A DNA stretch of 64,000 nucleotides from a virus. Within the stretch, counting starts at the first letter, position 1, and every line of letters begins with the position of its first letter. Under the pieces are notes generated by a model. That model was not told where the DNA came from, searched no databases, and saw nothing but the letters and a program-made list of their open reading frames with translations. Of the stretch, positions 18,107 through 27,910 are shown piece after piece. Position numbers and translations under genes: made by a program. The stretch lies in IMG/VR virus record IMGVR_UViG_3300050343_000218. One strand, 5' to 3'.

Positions 18107-19041
18107 TTGAATTCACACTCCACCATAATTTGTGTCATACACGCAAGAAGATTAATTTCCTGGTCAGCAACAAAAGAAGACTTGTACTGATACTCAGCAA
18201 TAATAAGAACTAACTGTGGTACAGACTTGCCAGATAATACTTGCGAAAGAGAATCGTAGATCTTACGTAGGATAACGTTAGGATCATTATCCAAACTCTC
18301 CACAACCCACTGACGAACAGAGTTGAACTCTTTGTTCTTCAAAGACTTGATCAATGTAGTAACGTCCAAGTCTGCAATGTCTGCCAGAATGCCACTATCT
18401 ATTTGACCACTAGCAGAGTGACGTTGCAGTTCATTGAGGCAACGTCTCCAATCAGGGAAGTGTTTCTGTACCAGTTTGACTAGTACTTTATCCTCAGCTG
18501 TTACACCATTCTCATTCAGAATGAATTTAACACGACCAAAGAAGTTACCCTGCAGCTGCATCTTCTCTTCTTTCTTAAAAGTAAAGTCGAAGTTAGAGCA
18601 CCGAGACTGCAGTGGTTGGATGATCTTATTCTTGTAGTTGCAAGTAAAGATAAACCGACAGTTGTTCTGATACTCCTCAATAGCAGCACGAAGTTGCGAC
18701 TGCACATCAGGAGTCATATTGTCTGCCTCATCAATGATGACGCACTTGTGCTTAGATCCAGTCAGAGAGACCGTAGAAGCAAACGTTTTGACGCGGGTTC
18801 GTACCGTATCAAGGTATCTCCCCTCATCGGAACCGTTAATAACAATGGAGCTAACACCCAGCTCAGAACAAAGAGCGCGAGCAATCGTCGTTTTACCCAC
18901 ACCTGCAGGTCCCGAGAATAACAAATTTGGAAACTCACCTGCATCAACAAACTCCTGAAATGTTTTTTTCAATCCACTAGGAAGAATACAGTCCGCAACA
19001 GTTTGAGGACGGTACTCTTCAACCCAAAGAAATTTACTCAT
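18103..19041 (-). CDS. gp44: Clamp loader large subunit
   Basis: LWVEEYRP, GPAGVGKTT, IIDEAD, LQSRC. Confidence 0.97.
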   Translation of the reverse strand: MSKFLWVEEYRPQTVADCILPSGLKKTFQEFVDAGEFPNLLFSGPAGVGKTTIARALCSELGVSSIVINGSDEGRYLDTVRTRVKTFASTVSLTGSKHKCVIIDEADNMTPDVQSQLRAAIEEYQNNCRFIFTCNYKNKIIQPLQSRCSNFDFTFKKEEKMQLQGNFFGRVKFILNENGVTAEDKVLVKLVQKHFPDWRRCLNELQRHSASGQIDSGILADIADLDVTTLIKSLKNKEFNSVRQWVVESLDNDPNVILRKIYDSLSQVLSGKSVPQLVLIIAEYQYKSSFVADQEINLLACMTQIMVECEFK

Positions 19042-19065
19042 AATATTTTAAAATGTGGAAAGGGT

Positions 19066-19767
19066 TTACGGTTCAAGGGCAATAAAATATGTCAGGTCAA
19101 ATTCAGAAAACTTCCATTCAGAAATCATACGAGAGGACACACTGACTGCATAATGGCATTTATCAGTCCGTTGAATAGTATTGATACCAAAGAGTTTCAG
19201 ATTCTCCACCTTAAAATCCAGGGTATATTCGTCATCGGCATTACCACTAACAATCTGATCGTAGGTGTTACTGGTGTCATCTTCCTTGTCTCTGCTTTGG
19301 AGAGTGACAGTATCTTGCTCACTCCGTACAGTAAAGTCAGGCAGACCGTAGACAGCGGCAGCTTTAGTAAGAGATTTAAGATTGCCATTACTGACTTCAA
19401 AGTTGATGTTGCCACCAGGAAACTTAATCTCACGATCTGGAGCATTACGCATCGTGATCTCAGGGTTGCTGAAGTAATACTTCGAGCGGCGACCCTTAGT
19501 AGAGTCCTTGATAGTGACATAGTTTTTGTTATCAAAGACCAAGACAGGTTCGTCAAACAAACAGATAGCAGCAAGAAGCTGACTCAAATCATAGATAGCA
19601 AAATCTTGAGGAAATTCTTCTTCGACTACAGCACGAGCAAGAATGTTCTGAGCATTACTAATAGTCTTCAGAACATTACCTTTCTTGAAAAGAATACTAC
19701 TATTAATAGTAGCAAAGTTTTGCAAGATATCAATCGTAGTGGTGGAGAGTTTTACAGTGTTGCTCAT
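19066..19767 (-). CDS. gp45: Sliding clamp
   Basis: NFATINSSILF...FAIYDL...KVENLKL...YFIALEP. Confidence 0.93.
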   Translation of the reverse strand: MSNTVKLSTTTIDILQNFATINSSILFKKGNVLKTISNAQNILARAVVEEEFPQDFAIYDLSQLLAAICLFDEPVLVFDNKNYVTIKDSTKGRRSKYYFSNPEITMRNAPDREIKFPGGNINFEVSNGNLKSLTKAAAVYGLPDFTVRSEQDTVTLQSRDKEDDTSNTYDQIVSGNADDEYTLDFKVENLKLFGINTIQRTDKCHYAVSVSSRMISEWKFSEFDLTYFIALEP

Positions 19768-20048
19768 TGGGGGTAGTCCTCACGGATAGAATTTTTGTCA
19801 TTGAAGTGCATTAGAAGAACAGCATAGTGCAGGATCTTCATAAGGTCACGTCGGGCTGTACCCTTCTTATCATATCGTGATGCATACTTGAGGATGTTGC
19901 TACGACAGAATGCCTCGCCATCACCGCAAGCTTCGATTAGATCCAGGGTTTGGATCTTGTCGTCACCAGATGAATAATGTTGACTGTAAGTTGAGCAAAT
20001 GTAATCACGTAGTTCTGAAATAATGTGGTCTTCGTTGTACTTGTTCAT
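19764..20048 (-). CDS. Conserved hypothetical protein (DUF3310-like)
   Basis: KYNED...TYSQHY...FCRSNILKYASRYDKKGTARRDLMKILHYA. Confidence 0.75.
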   Translation of the reverse strand: MNKYNEDHIISELRDYICSTYSQHYSSGDDKIQTLDLIEACGDGEAFCRSNILKYASRYDKKGTARRDLMKILHYAVLLMHFNDKNSIREDYPQ

Positions 20049-20350
20049 AATAAGAAATCAAGGAGATTGATTTTCACTTTTGGTTTCGGCATCGCAGTAT
20101 ACGGTGTCGTATCTTTGATGTCTATGGAGTCACCCAGTTGTTTGTGATTGATCGGACTGTAGTAGATTCCCCGTTTGGTGTCATAGAATCCCCAGATACA
20201 ATAACTGTCATTACCATCATTGTAAATAAACTCACGATCACATACAGTCCAAATTGATAACACATTAGCTTTCTTACGAAAGACTTCGTATCTGTATCCA
20301 TCAGGTGCCTCGTGGGTAAACGTTATAGGAAGTTCTATTGTATCACTCAT
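20045..20350 (-). CDS. Conserved cyanophage hypothetical protein (start about 20350)
   Basis: FTHEAPDGYRYE...WGFY...YSPINH...TTPYTAM. Confidence 0.7.
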   Translation of the reverse strand: MSDTIELPITFTHEAPDGYRYEVFRKKANVLSIWTVCDREFIYNDGNDSYCIWGFYDTKRGIYYSPINHKQLGDSIDIKDTTPYTAMPKPKVKINLLDFLL

Positions 20351-21365
20351 CTCCTGAGATTTCAACCTTGTCATCAACTTTGCTATAAAGATCTAAGAAT
20401 GCTTGCTTGGTCTCATCATCGAAACGATTCAGACAAAGCTGAACTGCCTCAAGACGATCCTGGAAGATGTCAAATGCCTTGACAATATGAACCAAGCGAC
20501 GGGTGGAGATGATCTCATCAATACCACCATCATAAAATGTCTTACGGATGATGTCTGCCCAATCAGAAAGACGCTTGCAGAACTCAGCATCCGAACAAAG
20601 CTTATTCAGGATTTTGATTTCGATAGCAGCAGTAGGATATTCCTGCTCAAAAGTCAATGGGAATCTTTCCAAGAACGCTTCGTTAAGGACATTCGTCCCA
20701 ACAAACCTACCGTCATCAGAACCCTTACCTTTCGTGTTGGCAGTAGCAACCACCGTGAACCCTTTAGCAGGAGTGACCCAACGTCCGATTTTTTTGAGGA
20801 ACACCCCTTTGCCTTCAAGGATGCTCTGAAGACACAGAATTTTGTTAGAAGCAAGGTCAATCTCGTCAAGCAAAAGAACAGCACCGCGTTCCAAAGCATC
20901 GATAACAGGACCGTTGTGCCATACAGTATTACCATCAACCAACCTGAAACCACCAATGAGATCATCCTCATCTGTTTCGATAGTAATGTTAACACGGATA
21001 AGTTCTCGATTGAGTTGAGCACAAGCTTGTTCTACACTAAAGGTTTTGCCATTACCAGACATTCCAGTAACGAACAGTGGATAGAAAATTTCGGATTTGA
21101 AAACTTTCTTGATACGATTGAAGTTACCGAAAGGAACAAAGGAAGAGTCTTGTGCAGGAACAAGATTCTGATTAGCAACAGTTTGTTCAAACTGCTCACG
21201 TGCTTCTTTGACAGTCAGGTTCCAACTGCCACGTTTTACTTTGTACTGTTCGATGTGACGAGTCACGGTAGGATAGGACAGACCTTGCTCGCGAGCATAT
21301 TTTTTGACTTCTGTGGAACTGATGTCAGAACCAAAGCGGTCGCGAAGATCAGAAACGATAGACAT
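20343..21365 (-). CDS. cobS: CobS-like MoxR-family AAA+ ATPase
   Basis: TGMSGNGKT, VNITIETDEDDLIGG, LLLDEID, ATANTKGKG, AFLERF. Confidence 0.9.
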   Translation of the reverse strand: MSIVSDLRDRFGSDISSTEVKKYAREQGLSYPTVTRHIEQYKVKRGSWNLTVKEAREQFEQTVANQNLVPAQDSSFVPFGNFNRIKKVFKSEIFYPLFVTGMSGNGKTFSVEQACAQLNRELIRVNITIETDEDDLIGGFRLVDGNTVWHNGPVIDALERGAVLLLDEIDLASNKILCLQSILEGKGVFLKKIGRWVTPAKGFTVVATANTKGKGSDDGRFVGTNVLNEAFLERFPLTFEQEYPTAAIEIKILNKLCSDAEFCKRLSDWADIIRKTFYDGGIDEIISTRRLVHIVKAFDIFQDRLEAVQLCLNRFDDETKQAFLDLYSKVDDKVEISGDE

Positions 21366-21388
21366 TGGTTTTCTGTGTTGATGTAGTT

Positions 21389-21433
21389 ATTATAGAGGAA
21401 GATGCCCCCGTGACCAGGGGCAAATGGACAGTT
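21389..21433 (-). promoter_or_regulatory. Probable early/middle promoter: AACTGTCC motif, GC hairpin, TATAAT
   Basis: AACTGTCCATTTGCCCCTGGTCACGGGGGCATCTTCCTCTATAAT, 24 nt upstream of the cobS ATG; no consensus -35. Confidence 0.55.
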
Positions 21434-21435
21434 AA

Positions 21436-23502
21436 TCAGCTGACCATAGCAGCGAAAGAAGACAAGATTTTTTTGTTGACAGACTTGTTTCCAAGAGATT
21501 TCTTGAAAGCAGATTTGATTTGAGCTTTACTAGCATTATTATCAACTTCAAAATCAGTGTCAAGTGACAGTGACTTTGTAGTAATCAAATAGAAGGCATC
21601 ATAACCAAGACCTTTACCCACAACCATAGTACGTTCCTTACGAAGACGACTACGGAATTTATCGGTGTCTTCAATCCCAAGCATCCAAGAAGCAGTACGA
21701 ACCCAAGCACCAACATCACGATTATCAATCATTCGGAAACAAACAATGTTTGATTCAGGAAAACTAATTTTTACATTATCAATATAGATTTTCATATTAC
21801 CAAGATAACCTTGGTCAAAGACTGGGTGAATCACACCACAGTTGCGATTGCGAAGTTGTGCACGACCTTCAACCTGTCGAACAAGGTAGCTCTCAGGGTC
21901 ATCATAAGATTGAATATCTCCTGCAAAACCACCAGCACCAGCTTCACCATCAGATAAAACAATGACATTTAATTTTTCAACCTTGTACTTCTTGCGGAAG
22001 TAAGGCATCACAGTGTGCAAGGAGTTGATAGCATCAGAAAGAGGAGTGCCACCAAGTTGACATCCAATTGGATAACCTAAAGCGTTAGCAGCATAGAAGA
22101 CAGGTACATTTCCATAACTAGAAAAGAAAGCACTAAGACGAAACAAATATTTCAGCTGGTTTTCAAACTCTCTTGCAGAAACATCAGTAGTGATCACGTT
22201 GATCAAACTGAAGTTGCTATTAAAACAATATGTATTAGGAGTAGCACGAAAATTGGTATGCTCACGTGGCCATTCTGTGGTAAACAGATATGCGTTAAAA
22301 GGAATCTGAACTTTCTTACAGAACCAAGCAATGTTTGCAAGCTGCTTGATCATATTAAAAGAGACATCAGCAATAGAACCAGACCAATCAATTAAAGCAA
22401 TTAAACCGTGATTCTTTCCATCAGGAATTACGTTGATCTTTCTGAAGATATCATCATTATATTTGTACGTATGCAACTTGGCAGTGTCAAGGACACCTGT
22501 CTTAGACACTGTAGTCCGAGCATATGCAGCTGCAGACTTCTTACACTCAAACTCTTTGACAAGATAATTAACCTCACGTGCAGCAGACTTACGGTACATA
22601 GCAAACTCAGAGTCAGCAATAGAAGTATCCGTATGAGAATAGTGCTCCTCACATACTTTAAGAAAATCAGAATTGCTTACTACTAAGTCTTCGACTTTCA
22701 TACCAGGAATCTCGATGACTGTATTCTCATCGTAATGATTAGTGCTGGCACGATTCTCCAGAGCATCAGAGAAATGCTCAGCAGTAGTCACAGAGTCGTG
22801 CCAACCGCTACCACCAACCGAAGAATCGCTTTCTTCATTTACATCTTCCCCATCGTCTCCAGAATCGTCTGTATCACCCTCATCTGCTTGCTGCTCTATA
22901 GGACTGGAAGAACCACTGTTAGACCCTTCCTGAGTGCCATTCAAAGGTATCTCCACGCTCTGCTCATCATTACTATGGAGTGCTGCCATCAAACGTGCTG
23001 CTTCAACAGCTTCATCAAACGTTTCTGCCTGATCTACCAAAGAAACAATGTGCTGCTCCTCAACAGAAAATTTGATGTCGATGAAGTGACCGATCTTGAA
23101 GTGAAGATTGACACGATCAGCAAGAGACATTGCGTTGACATCTTCATTGTCAATGCCAAAGAAATCCATCGCTTGGAGCTGACGGTAACCTTCAAAGAAA
23201 TCTTTACGGAGACCCAAGTACTTACGCTTCATTAGTTTCTCAACACGAGCATCCTCAGTCACGTTGACATAATCCTTAGGAGCTCCACAGTCAGTCATAT
23301 CACGATCAGGAGTAAACAGAGCGTGACCAACTTCGTGACCCACTAGAAGATCATAGACGCGAGACGAGAGACCTTTCCAAATAGGAAGAGTCAGCATACG
23401 ACTGTGCACATCAAAGGAAGCAGTCTTAACTGCCTTGTGTTGAACCAGCAAATTTTCTGTAGCAAGCAGTTTAGCAAGGTTGCCTTTGATCTCTTGGTTC
23501 AT
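21436..23502 (-). CDS. Peptidase-like plus VWA domain protein, partner of the CobS-like ATPase
   Basis: N-terminal HEVGH; acidic linker; MIDAS DWSGS...GGTPL...LSDGE. Confidence 0.8.
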   Translation of the reverse strand: MNQEIKGNLAKLLATENLLVQHKAVKTASFDVHSRMLTLPIWKGLSSRVYDLLVGHEVGHALFTPDRDMTDCGAPKDYVNVTEDARVEKLMKRKYLGLRKDFFEGYRQLQAMDFFGIDNEDVNAMSLADRVNLHFKIGHFIDIKFSVEEQHIVSLVDQAETFDEAVEAARLMAALHSNDEQSVEIPLNGTQEGSNSGSSSPIEQQADEGDTDDSGDDGEDVNEESDSSVGGSGWHDSVTTAEHFSDALENRASTNHYDENTVIEIPGMKVEDLVVSNSDFLKVCEEHYSHTDTSIADSEFAMYRKSAAREVNYLVKEFECKKSAAAYARTTVSKTGVLDTAKLHTYKYNDDIFRKINVIPDGKNHGLIALIDWSGSIADVSFNMIKQLANIAWFCKKVQIPFNAYLFTTEWPREHTNFRATPNTYCFNSNFSLINVITTDVSAREFENQLKYLFRLSAFFSSYGNVPVFYAANALGYPIGCQLGGTPLSDAINSLHTVMPYFRKKYKVEKLNVIVLSDGEAGAGGFAGDIQSYDDPESYLVRQVEGRAQLRNRNCGVIHPVFDQGYLGNMKIYIDNVKISFPESNIVCFRMIDNRDVGAWVRTASWMLGIEDTDKFRSRLRKERTMVVGKGLGYDAFYLITTKSLSLDTDFEVDNNASKAQIKSAFKKSLGNKSVNKKILSSFAAMVS

Positions 23503-23523
23503 TGCTCTCCTGTGTATGCAGAC

Positions 23524-23568
23524 ATTATAAAACCCCTGTCCCGTATTAGGAGATCAGGGGTGCCAGTT
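23524..23568 (-). promoter_or_regulatory. Probable early/middle promoter: AACTGGCAC motif, CCCCTG/CAGGGG hairpin, TATAAT
   Basis: Same layout and the same 34-nt AACTG-to--10 distance as at 21389; GGAGAG SD before ATG 23502. Confidence 0.55.
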
Positions 23569-24133
23569 GTGAAAGTGTCAGTGCCTCAGTTTCAGCAGTG
23601 ACTGGTGGTTTCCATTCCAGGTTTCCAGATACAGAAACTCGCGGTTCGTCTTCTGTGTGCTCTATGACAGAATGAACAATGGCAGAAGGAAAAATTATGA
23701 TATCACCAGCTGCAAAACTAAAGTTAATAGATTCGTAGAAGTGTCCTTCCTTATGTTCAAACTCTCTTAGAATTCTAAACTGATCAAAGACGTTTGGATT
23801 TTGTAGTTTCAATCCTGTGGAATCTGTCAGATACCAAACAAACGACAGATCAGCTCCAGGATGGCAGTGAGGAACGTTCTCATCTCCTTTACGATTAATG
23901 TTTACCCAAGCAGACTGTAATTTAAATGCAGAAACTGCATTTGCCAAATAAGTTTTTAGAGGATTCAAATAAGGATCGTTACGACAGTCTTTAGATTGCC
24001 ACCCACCCCTATTAGATTTTTTTCTTCCTGAAGAAAGATCGGATTGAGTCAACCAGTAAGGCAGTGAACCATCAGGGATATCAATATGCCCTTTAAAAAT
24101 AGGAGTGGCAAATATAGGAAAGTAGTCAAGCAT
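23546..24133 (-). CDS. Putative 2OG-Fe(II) oxygenase (TIGR02466-like)
   Basis: SNRGGWQS, AWVNIN, PHCHP, VWYL, IIFPSAIVHSV, RVSVSGN. Confidence 0.8.
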   Translation of the reverse strand: MLDYFPIFATPIFKGHIDIPDGSLPYWLTQSDLSSGRKKSNRGGWQSKDCRNDPYLNPLKTYLANAVSAFKLQSAWVNINRKGDENVPHCHPGADLSFVWYLTDSTGLKLQNPNVFDQFRILREFEHKEGHFYESINFSFAAGDIIIFPSAIVHSVIEHTEDEPRVSVSGNLEWKPPVTAETEALTLSQLAPLIS

Positions 24134-24134
24134 A

Positions 24135-24317
24135 TTATTCTTCTTCGTTCATATGTTGAAGAAGAGATTCAATCTCTTGGATATGCTCAACATTAAAGAT
24201 CATCTCTCCAATGCTTTTAATGATGAAAGGACTCTCTGCTCTAGCAGCAAATGCCAACGCTTCACGTAAATGCTTTTGAGCTTCTTTGAGAGAATCTTGT
24301 ACTTGTTCGGAAACCAT
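24135..24317 (-). CDS. Small hypothetical protein (60 aa)
   Basis: Fills the gap after gp46; AQKHLREALAFAARAE pattern. Confidence 0.65.
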   Translation of the reverse strand: MVSEQVQDSLKEAQKHLREALAFAARAESPFIIKSIGEMIFNVEHIQEIESLLQHMNEEE

Positions 24318-24318
24318 T

Positions 24319-26061
24319 TTAAACTACTGCGATACTATGGGGTGATTCTTGAACTTCTAACTTAGAGAAGTTTTGAGGTTTTGTAAATTGCAGAACCCTA
24401 TCGAATTTATCGGTAAGGTTATCTCTATGAGAAATGACAAAGACGTTTGCGTTTTCGTTGAACGACCTTAGGATAAAGGATAACTCATCAGACCCAACTG
24501 TGTCAAGAGACCCGTCAAAGATCTCGTCAAGAATCAATAGATTAGTATCCACAGAATTCTTGAGCTTAGCAACAGAACGCCAAGTAAGCAGAAGACTGAT
24601 GTCAATACGAGCTTTCTCTCCTTCCGAGAAATTTTCATAACTAAATTCGTCGATGTAACGTGACTTCAGGACTTCTTTAAATTCTTCATCTAAAGTAAAA
24701 TTGCAGAAGAATTGCAACTGATTCAAATACTTATTGATCAGCTTGTTCATTACGGGAAGATACTTCTTGATGATCCTCGTTTTGATCCCTGAATCTTTTA
24801 GCAGCAGACCTGCTGTTGAATGCAGGTCCATCTGTTTCTTCGATTCTATAAGATCGCCAGTGACTTGTTTGAGAGATTCATTCATCTGTAAAAGTTTCTT
24901 AGCTTCTTCTTTGACAGAAGACTCATCAGATACCAGACCTTTGATCTCTCTTTGAAGTCCTTTACGCTGACCATCAAGAGTAGATATCACCCCCTGTTGT
25001 TTGTACGTGATCTGAGTGCAGTCCCTGATAGCATTTGTATACTCCGTTAGTTGTTCTAATGGTGAAATAATTTCAGTAAGGCGTTGATCGATGTCAGCAA
25101 ACGCGACTTCGATTTCTCCGATCTTACCGTCAAGTTGTTCAATCTGTTCAAATTTAAAATCCTCACTGATTGGTTGCTTGCAGGTAGGGCAGTGTTCAGT
25201 ATCGAGATAGAATCTCTTATCACCTGAAAGCTTACTTACCCTTCGCTGTAACTTCATTGATAACGATTCGAGATCTGCTCTACGCTTCTGGGGGTTGTTG
25301 AGAGAATCAATCTGTTGAGTGATCTCCTCAATCATTTTAGTAGCGTCAGTAATCTTTTCTTTACAAGAGTCTTGACTCTTGATAATGTCACGAAGTTGAT
25401 CTTTCTTCTGTTCGATATCTTTAGTCTTCTTTTCCTCCAGTTGTTGGATAAAACCTTTTTGAAGTTCAATCTTCTCTTTAACACTTTGTGCGTTTAAATT
25501 GTGCGTTTGCACAGCGTCTCTGATTTGCTTGAGGCGAACCTTGAGAACTTCATTCATTGAGGAGAATACATTAATATCTAGGAGATCTTCAATGATCTCT
25601 CTACGAGCTGGAAGAGGCAAACGCATAAAAGGTACGAATGTACTGCTACCCAGAACCACAATCTGTGTGAAAGATTTGTAGTTTAGCTTAAGAACGTTCT
25701 GCTCTAGATTCTTTTGCTGATCTACAGCATTGCTGTTTTGATCAAGCATCCGACCATCCACATAGATCTCAAATATGTTTGGTTTGATGCCACGAATTAT
25801 TTTATATTCTTTACGTCCAATACTAAATTCAATCTCAACTAGAGTGCCTTTCTCATTGACACTGTTGACTAGTTGAGGTTTGTTAACTTTACGAAATGGT
25901 TTACCAAATAGTCCAAAGGTAAACGCATCTAAGATAGTTGATTTGCCAGCACCATTAGTGCCAATAATTAAGTTTGTTGCAGCTCCAGTAATCTGCACTT
26001 CGGTAAACGTATCACCCGTGCTTAGGAGGTTCTTCCATCGAATCTTCTGGAACAGGATCAT
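24319..26061 (-). CDS. gp46: Recombination endonuclease ATPase subunit (Rad50/SbcC-like)
   Basis: GTNGAGKST, CPTC zinc hook, FSEGEK signature, LILDEIFD. Confidence 0.96.
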   Translation of the reverse strand: MILFQKIRWKNLLSTGDTFTEVQITGAATNLIIGTNGAGKSTILDAFTFGLFGKPFRKVNKPQLVNSVNEKGTLVEIEFSIGRKEYKIIRGIKPNIFEIYVDGRMLDQNSNAVDQQKNLEQNVLKLNYKSFTQIVVLGSSTFVPFMRLPLPARREIIEDLLDINVFSSMNEVLKVRLKQIRDAVQTHNLNAQSVKEKIELQKGFIQQLEEKKTKDIEQKKDQLRDIIKSQDSCKEKITDATKMIEEITQQIDSLNNPQKRRADLESLSMKLQRRVSKLSGDKRFYLDTEHCPTCKQPISEDFKFEQIEQLDGKIGEIEVAFADIDQRLTEIISPLEQLTEYTNAIRDCTQITYKQQGVISTLDGQRKGLQREIKGLVSDESSVKEEAKKLLQMNESLKQVTGDLIESKKQMDLHSTAGLLLKDSGIKTRIIKKYLPVMNKLINKYLNQLQFFCNFTLDEEFKEVLKSRYIDEFSYENFSEGEKARIDISLLLTWRSVAKLKNSVDTNLLILDEIFDGSLDTVGSDELSFILRSFNENANVFVISHRDNLTDKFDRVLQFTKPQNFSKLEVQESPHSIAVV

Positions 26062-26320
26062 CTTTATCGAGTGGGGGAATAACGAGAACGTCTGGAGTAA
26101 TAATACTATATTTGCAGTTAACCTTTTCGCAAGTGGAAATCACTTCCTTGTCTGCGACCTTGGTAACTACGATTGGTGGGAAGTCTTCTGCTTCCAATAA
26201 TCCAGCATACCGCATTGCATCATCTTTGTCAACAAACAAATAGAGGACGTTTTCACCGTGCTCATCGTGCACAGCGTAAGCGCCCTCTCCTTGGTGACCG
26301 TCTAAAGTGATGATAAACAC
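26012..26320 (-). CDS. Conserved cyanophage hypothetical protein
   Basis: EGAYAV...LFVDKDDAMRYAGLL...IITPDVLVIPP, usual gene between gp47 and gp46. Confidence 0.75.
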   Translation of the reverse strand: MFIITLDGHQGEGAYAVHDEHGENVLYLFVDKDDAMRYAGLLEAEDFPPIVVTKVADKEVISTCEKVNCKYSIITPDVLVIPPLDKDDPVPEDSMEEPPKHG

Positions 26321-27366
26321 TATGCTACTTCACAACTTTCAATATATAGTGATTTCATTAAATTCTTAAGTGCGGTTTTGTCTACATCGACAGTCACTTC
26401 ATCTAAGTATTCGTCAAGCAATGTCAGAGTATCTTTGACATCTAAAGCATCAGCTTCAGGGTCATCAAACACTCCGACTTTTTCCACAACCTTAACATCG
26501 TGAGCACCTGCATCATACAAAGTATTAAGCATTAGCTCAAAGTCTGAGTAGTTAGTTTTTTGCTCGACAATAACTTTTACGTATTTGCTGGCATAGTCAT
26601 TGGGATCGAGTTGAGCAGGACAATCTGCAGAATCATTCCAATAAATTTTAGCAAACATTTCGTACGGGTTTTTCACCATACGTATTTTTAATGTTTCTGT
26701 ATCAAAGGTGTGGAAACCACGAGTGTCACCGTAGTCATTCCAATACATCTGATACGGGTTACCAAGATAGGTAATGTTACCCTTAGAGTTCTTATGGTGG
26801 AAGTGTCCGCTCAGTACAACATCAAAGTTAGAAAAGAGGTTAGCGTCCATTCCACTGTCATAGCGGAAACCAGGGCGAGCAAGATACCCGTTGAGCTCGA
26901 GATGCCCCATTGCAACTCTTGAGGAGGAATCACGAACTTTCGTAAGGGACAGGTCATAATTGTCAGAGCAAATCCAAGGAACAAAAAGAATACTTGTTCC
27001 ACCGATCTCAACGTCAGTGGGTTCTTTGTATACAATCACATTGTCATACTCGTTGAGCAACAGCTCCATCGAATTGACTTTGTTGGTGTTCTTATAGTAT
27101 GCAGTGTGATTGCCAACAACGGTATGGACAGTGACGCCCATATCGCGGAGAACATTATAGTAAGTCTCCTTTGCCCATTCAAGAGAAACAAAGTCGATAC
27201 TCTTGCGGTTGTCAAAAGTATCACCGAGATCAAGAACGGTTGTGATTTTGTTCTTCTTCAAATAAGGGAAGAACACGTTCTCATAGAAGCGTTGATAATA
27301 CTCTCGGTAGATGTAACTACCTTTATGAGAACCAAAGTGTTGGTCGGTAATTACAGCAACCTTCAT
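26320..27366 (-). CDS. gp47: Recombination endonuclease nuclease subunit (Mre11/SbcD-like)
   Basis: ITDQHFG, LGDTFDNR, VGNH, GHLE, SGHFH. Confidence 0.96.
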   Translation of the reverse strand: MKVAVITDQHFGSHKGSYIYREYYQRFYENVFFPYLKKNKITTVLDLGDTFDNRKSIDFVSLEWAKETYYNVLRDMGVTVHTVVGNHTAYYKNTNKVNSMELLLNEYDNVIVYKEPTDVEIGGTSILFVPWICSDNYDLSLTKVRDSSSRVAMGHLELNGYLARPGFRYDSGMDANLFSNFDVVLSGHFHHKNSKGNITYLGNPYQMYWNDYGDTRGFHTFDTETLKIRMVKNPYEMFAKIYWNDSADCPAQLDPNDYASKYVKVIVEQKTNYSDFELMLNTLYDAGAHDVKVVEKVGVFDDPEADALDVKDTLTLLDEYLDEVTVDVDKTALKNLMKSLYIESCEVA

Positions 27367-27854
27367 CGCGACATTCTAATCTCAATGTTTTCTTTAATGG
27401 AATTGAGTCCCGAATCCGATTCGTTCATCCCTGACATACTACCATCAAACCGATCAGAATGCAACACCTCGGCATACCCACACCGCTCAATGAGCTTAGT
27501 GCGAATCTCGAGCTGCTTTTTCTCCTTCTGAATACGACGCAAGAAGGCGTAGTAAATGATCTGGGTGAAGTAAGCGAACGGATTCTTAGACTTCTCTGGA
27601 TCGAAATTATCGACGTACTGCAAGCAGTTCTCGATACCATCGCAAACCATATCTTCGCGAAACATATAGTTGACGAAGTTAGGTTTATAACTTAGGTGAG
27701 TGGCAATCTTGAGAAAACACTCGGCAATGTACCGTGGAAGAAGAGGACGAGTAAGATCATTCATCTTGGCATAAGCAACCTTGTCACGAAATTCAACGAT
27801 CGCGGCAAGGAATTCTTTGTTATTAACGTAATACTCTGTTTTAGCTTTTGCCAT
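27363..27854 (-). CDS. gp55: Late transcription sigma factor
   Basis: YYVNNKEF...KIATHLSYKPNFVNY...NPFAYFTQIIYYAFLRRIQKEKKQ. Confidence 0.96.
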   Translation of the reverse strand: MAKAKTEYYVNNKEFLAAIVEFRDKVAYAKMNDLTRPLLPRYIAECFLKIATHLSYKPNFVNYMFREDMVCDGIENCLQYVDNFDPEKSKNPFAYFTQIIYYAFLRRIQKEKKQLEIRTKLIERCGYAEVLHSDRFDGSMSGMNESDSGLNSIKENIEIRMSR

Positions 27855-27876
27855 TTGTCGATAATTCGATGTGTTT

Positions 27877-27885
27877 ATTATAGCA
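27877..27885 (-). promoter_or_regulatory. Extended -10 promoter TGcTATAAT for gp55
   Basis: TGCTATAAT 23 nt upstream of the gp55 ATG. Confidence 0.6.
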
Positions 27886-27910
27886 TATAATGGTGGATCT
27901 AGGGGTAAGC

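Noticed and set aside
20343-21365. Cobalamin biosynthesis role for cobS
   Set aside because: No cobN, true cobT or other cob genes are in the window. The motifs support only a MoxR-type AAA+ ATPase.
19003-21386. Long plus-strand ORFs 19003..19776 (257 aa) and 20403..21386 (327 aa)
   Set aside because: They mirror gp45 and cobS codon for codon on the opposite strand, have no motifs, SD or promoter, and are best explained as antisense shadows of codon bias.
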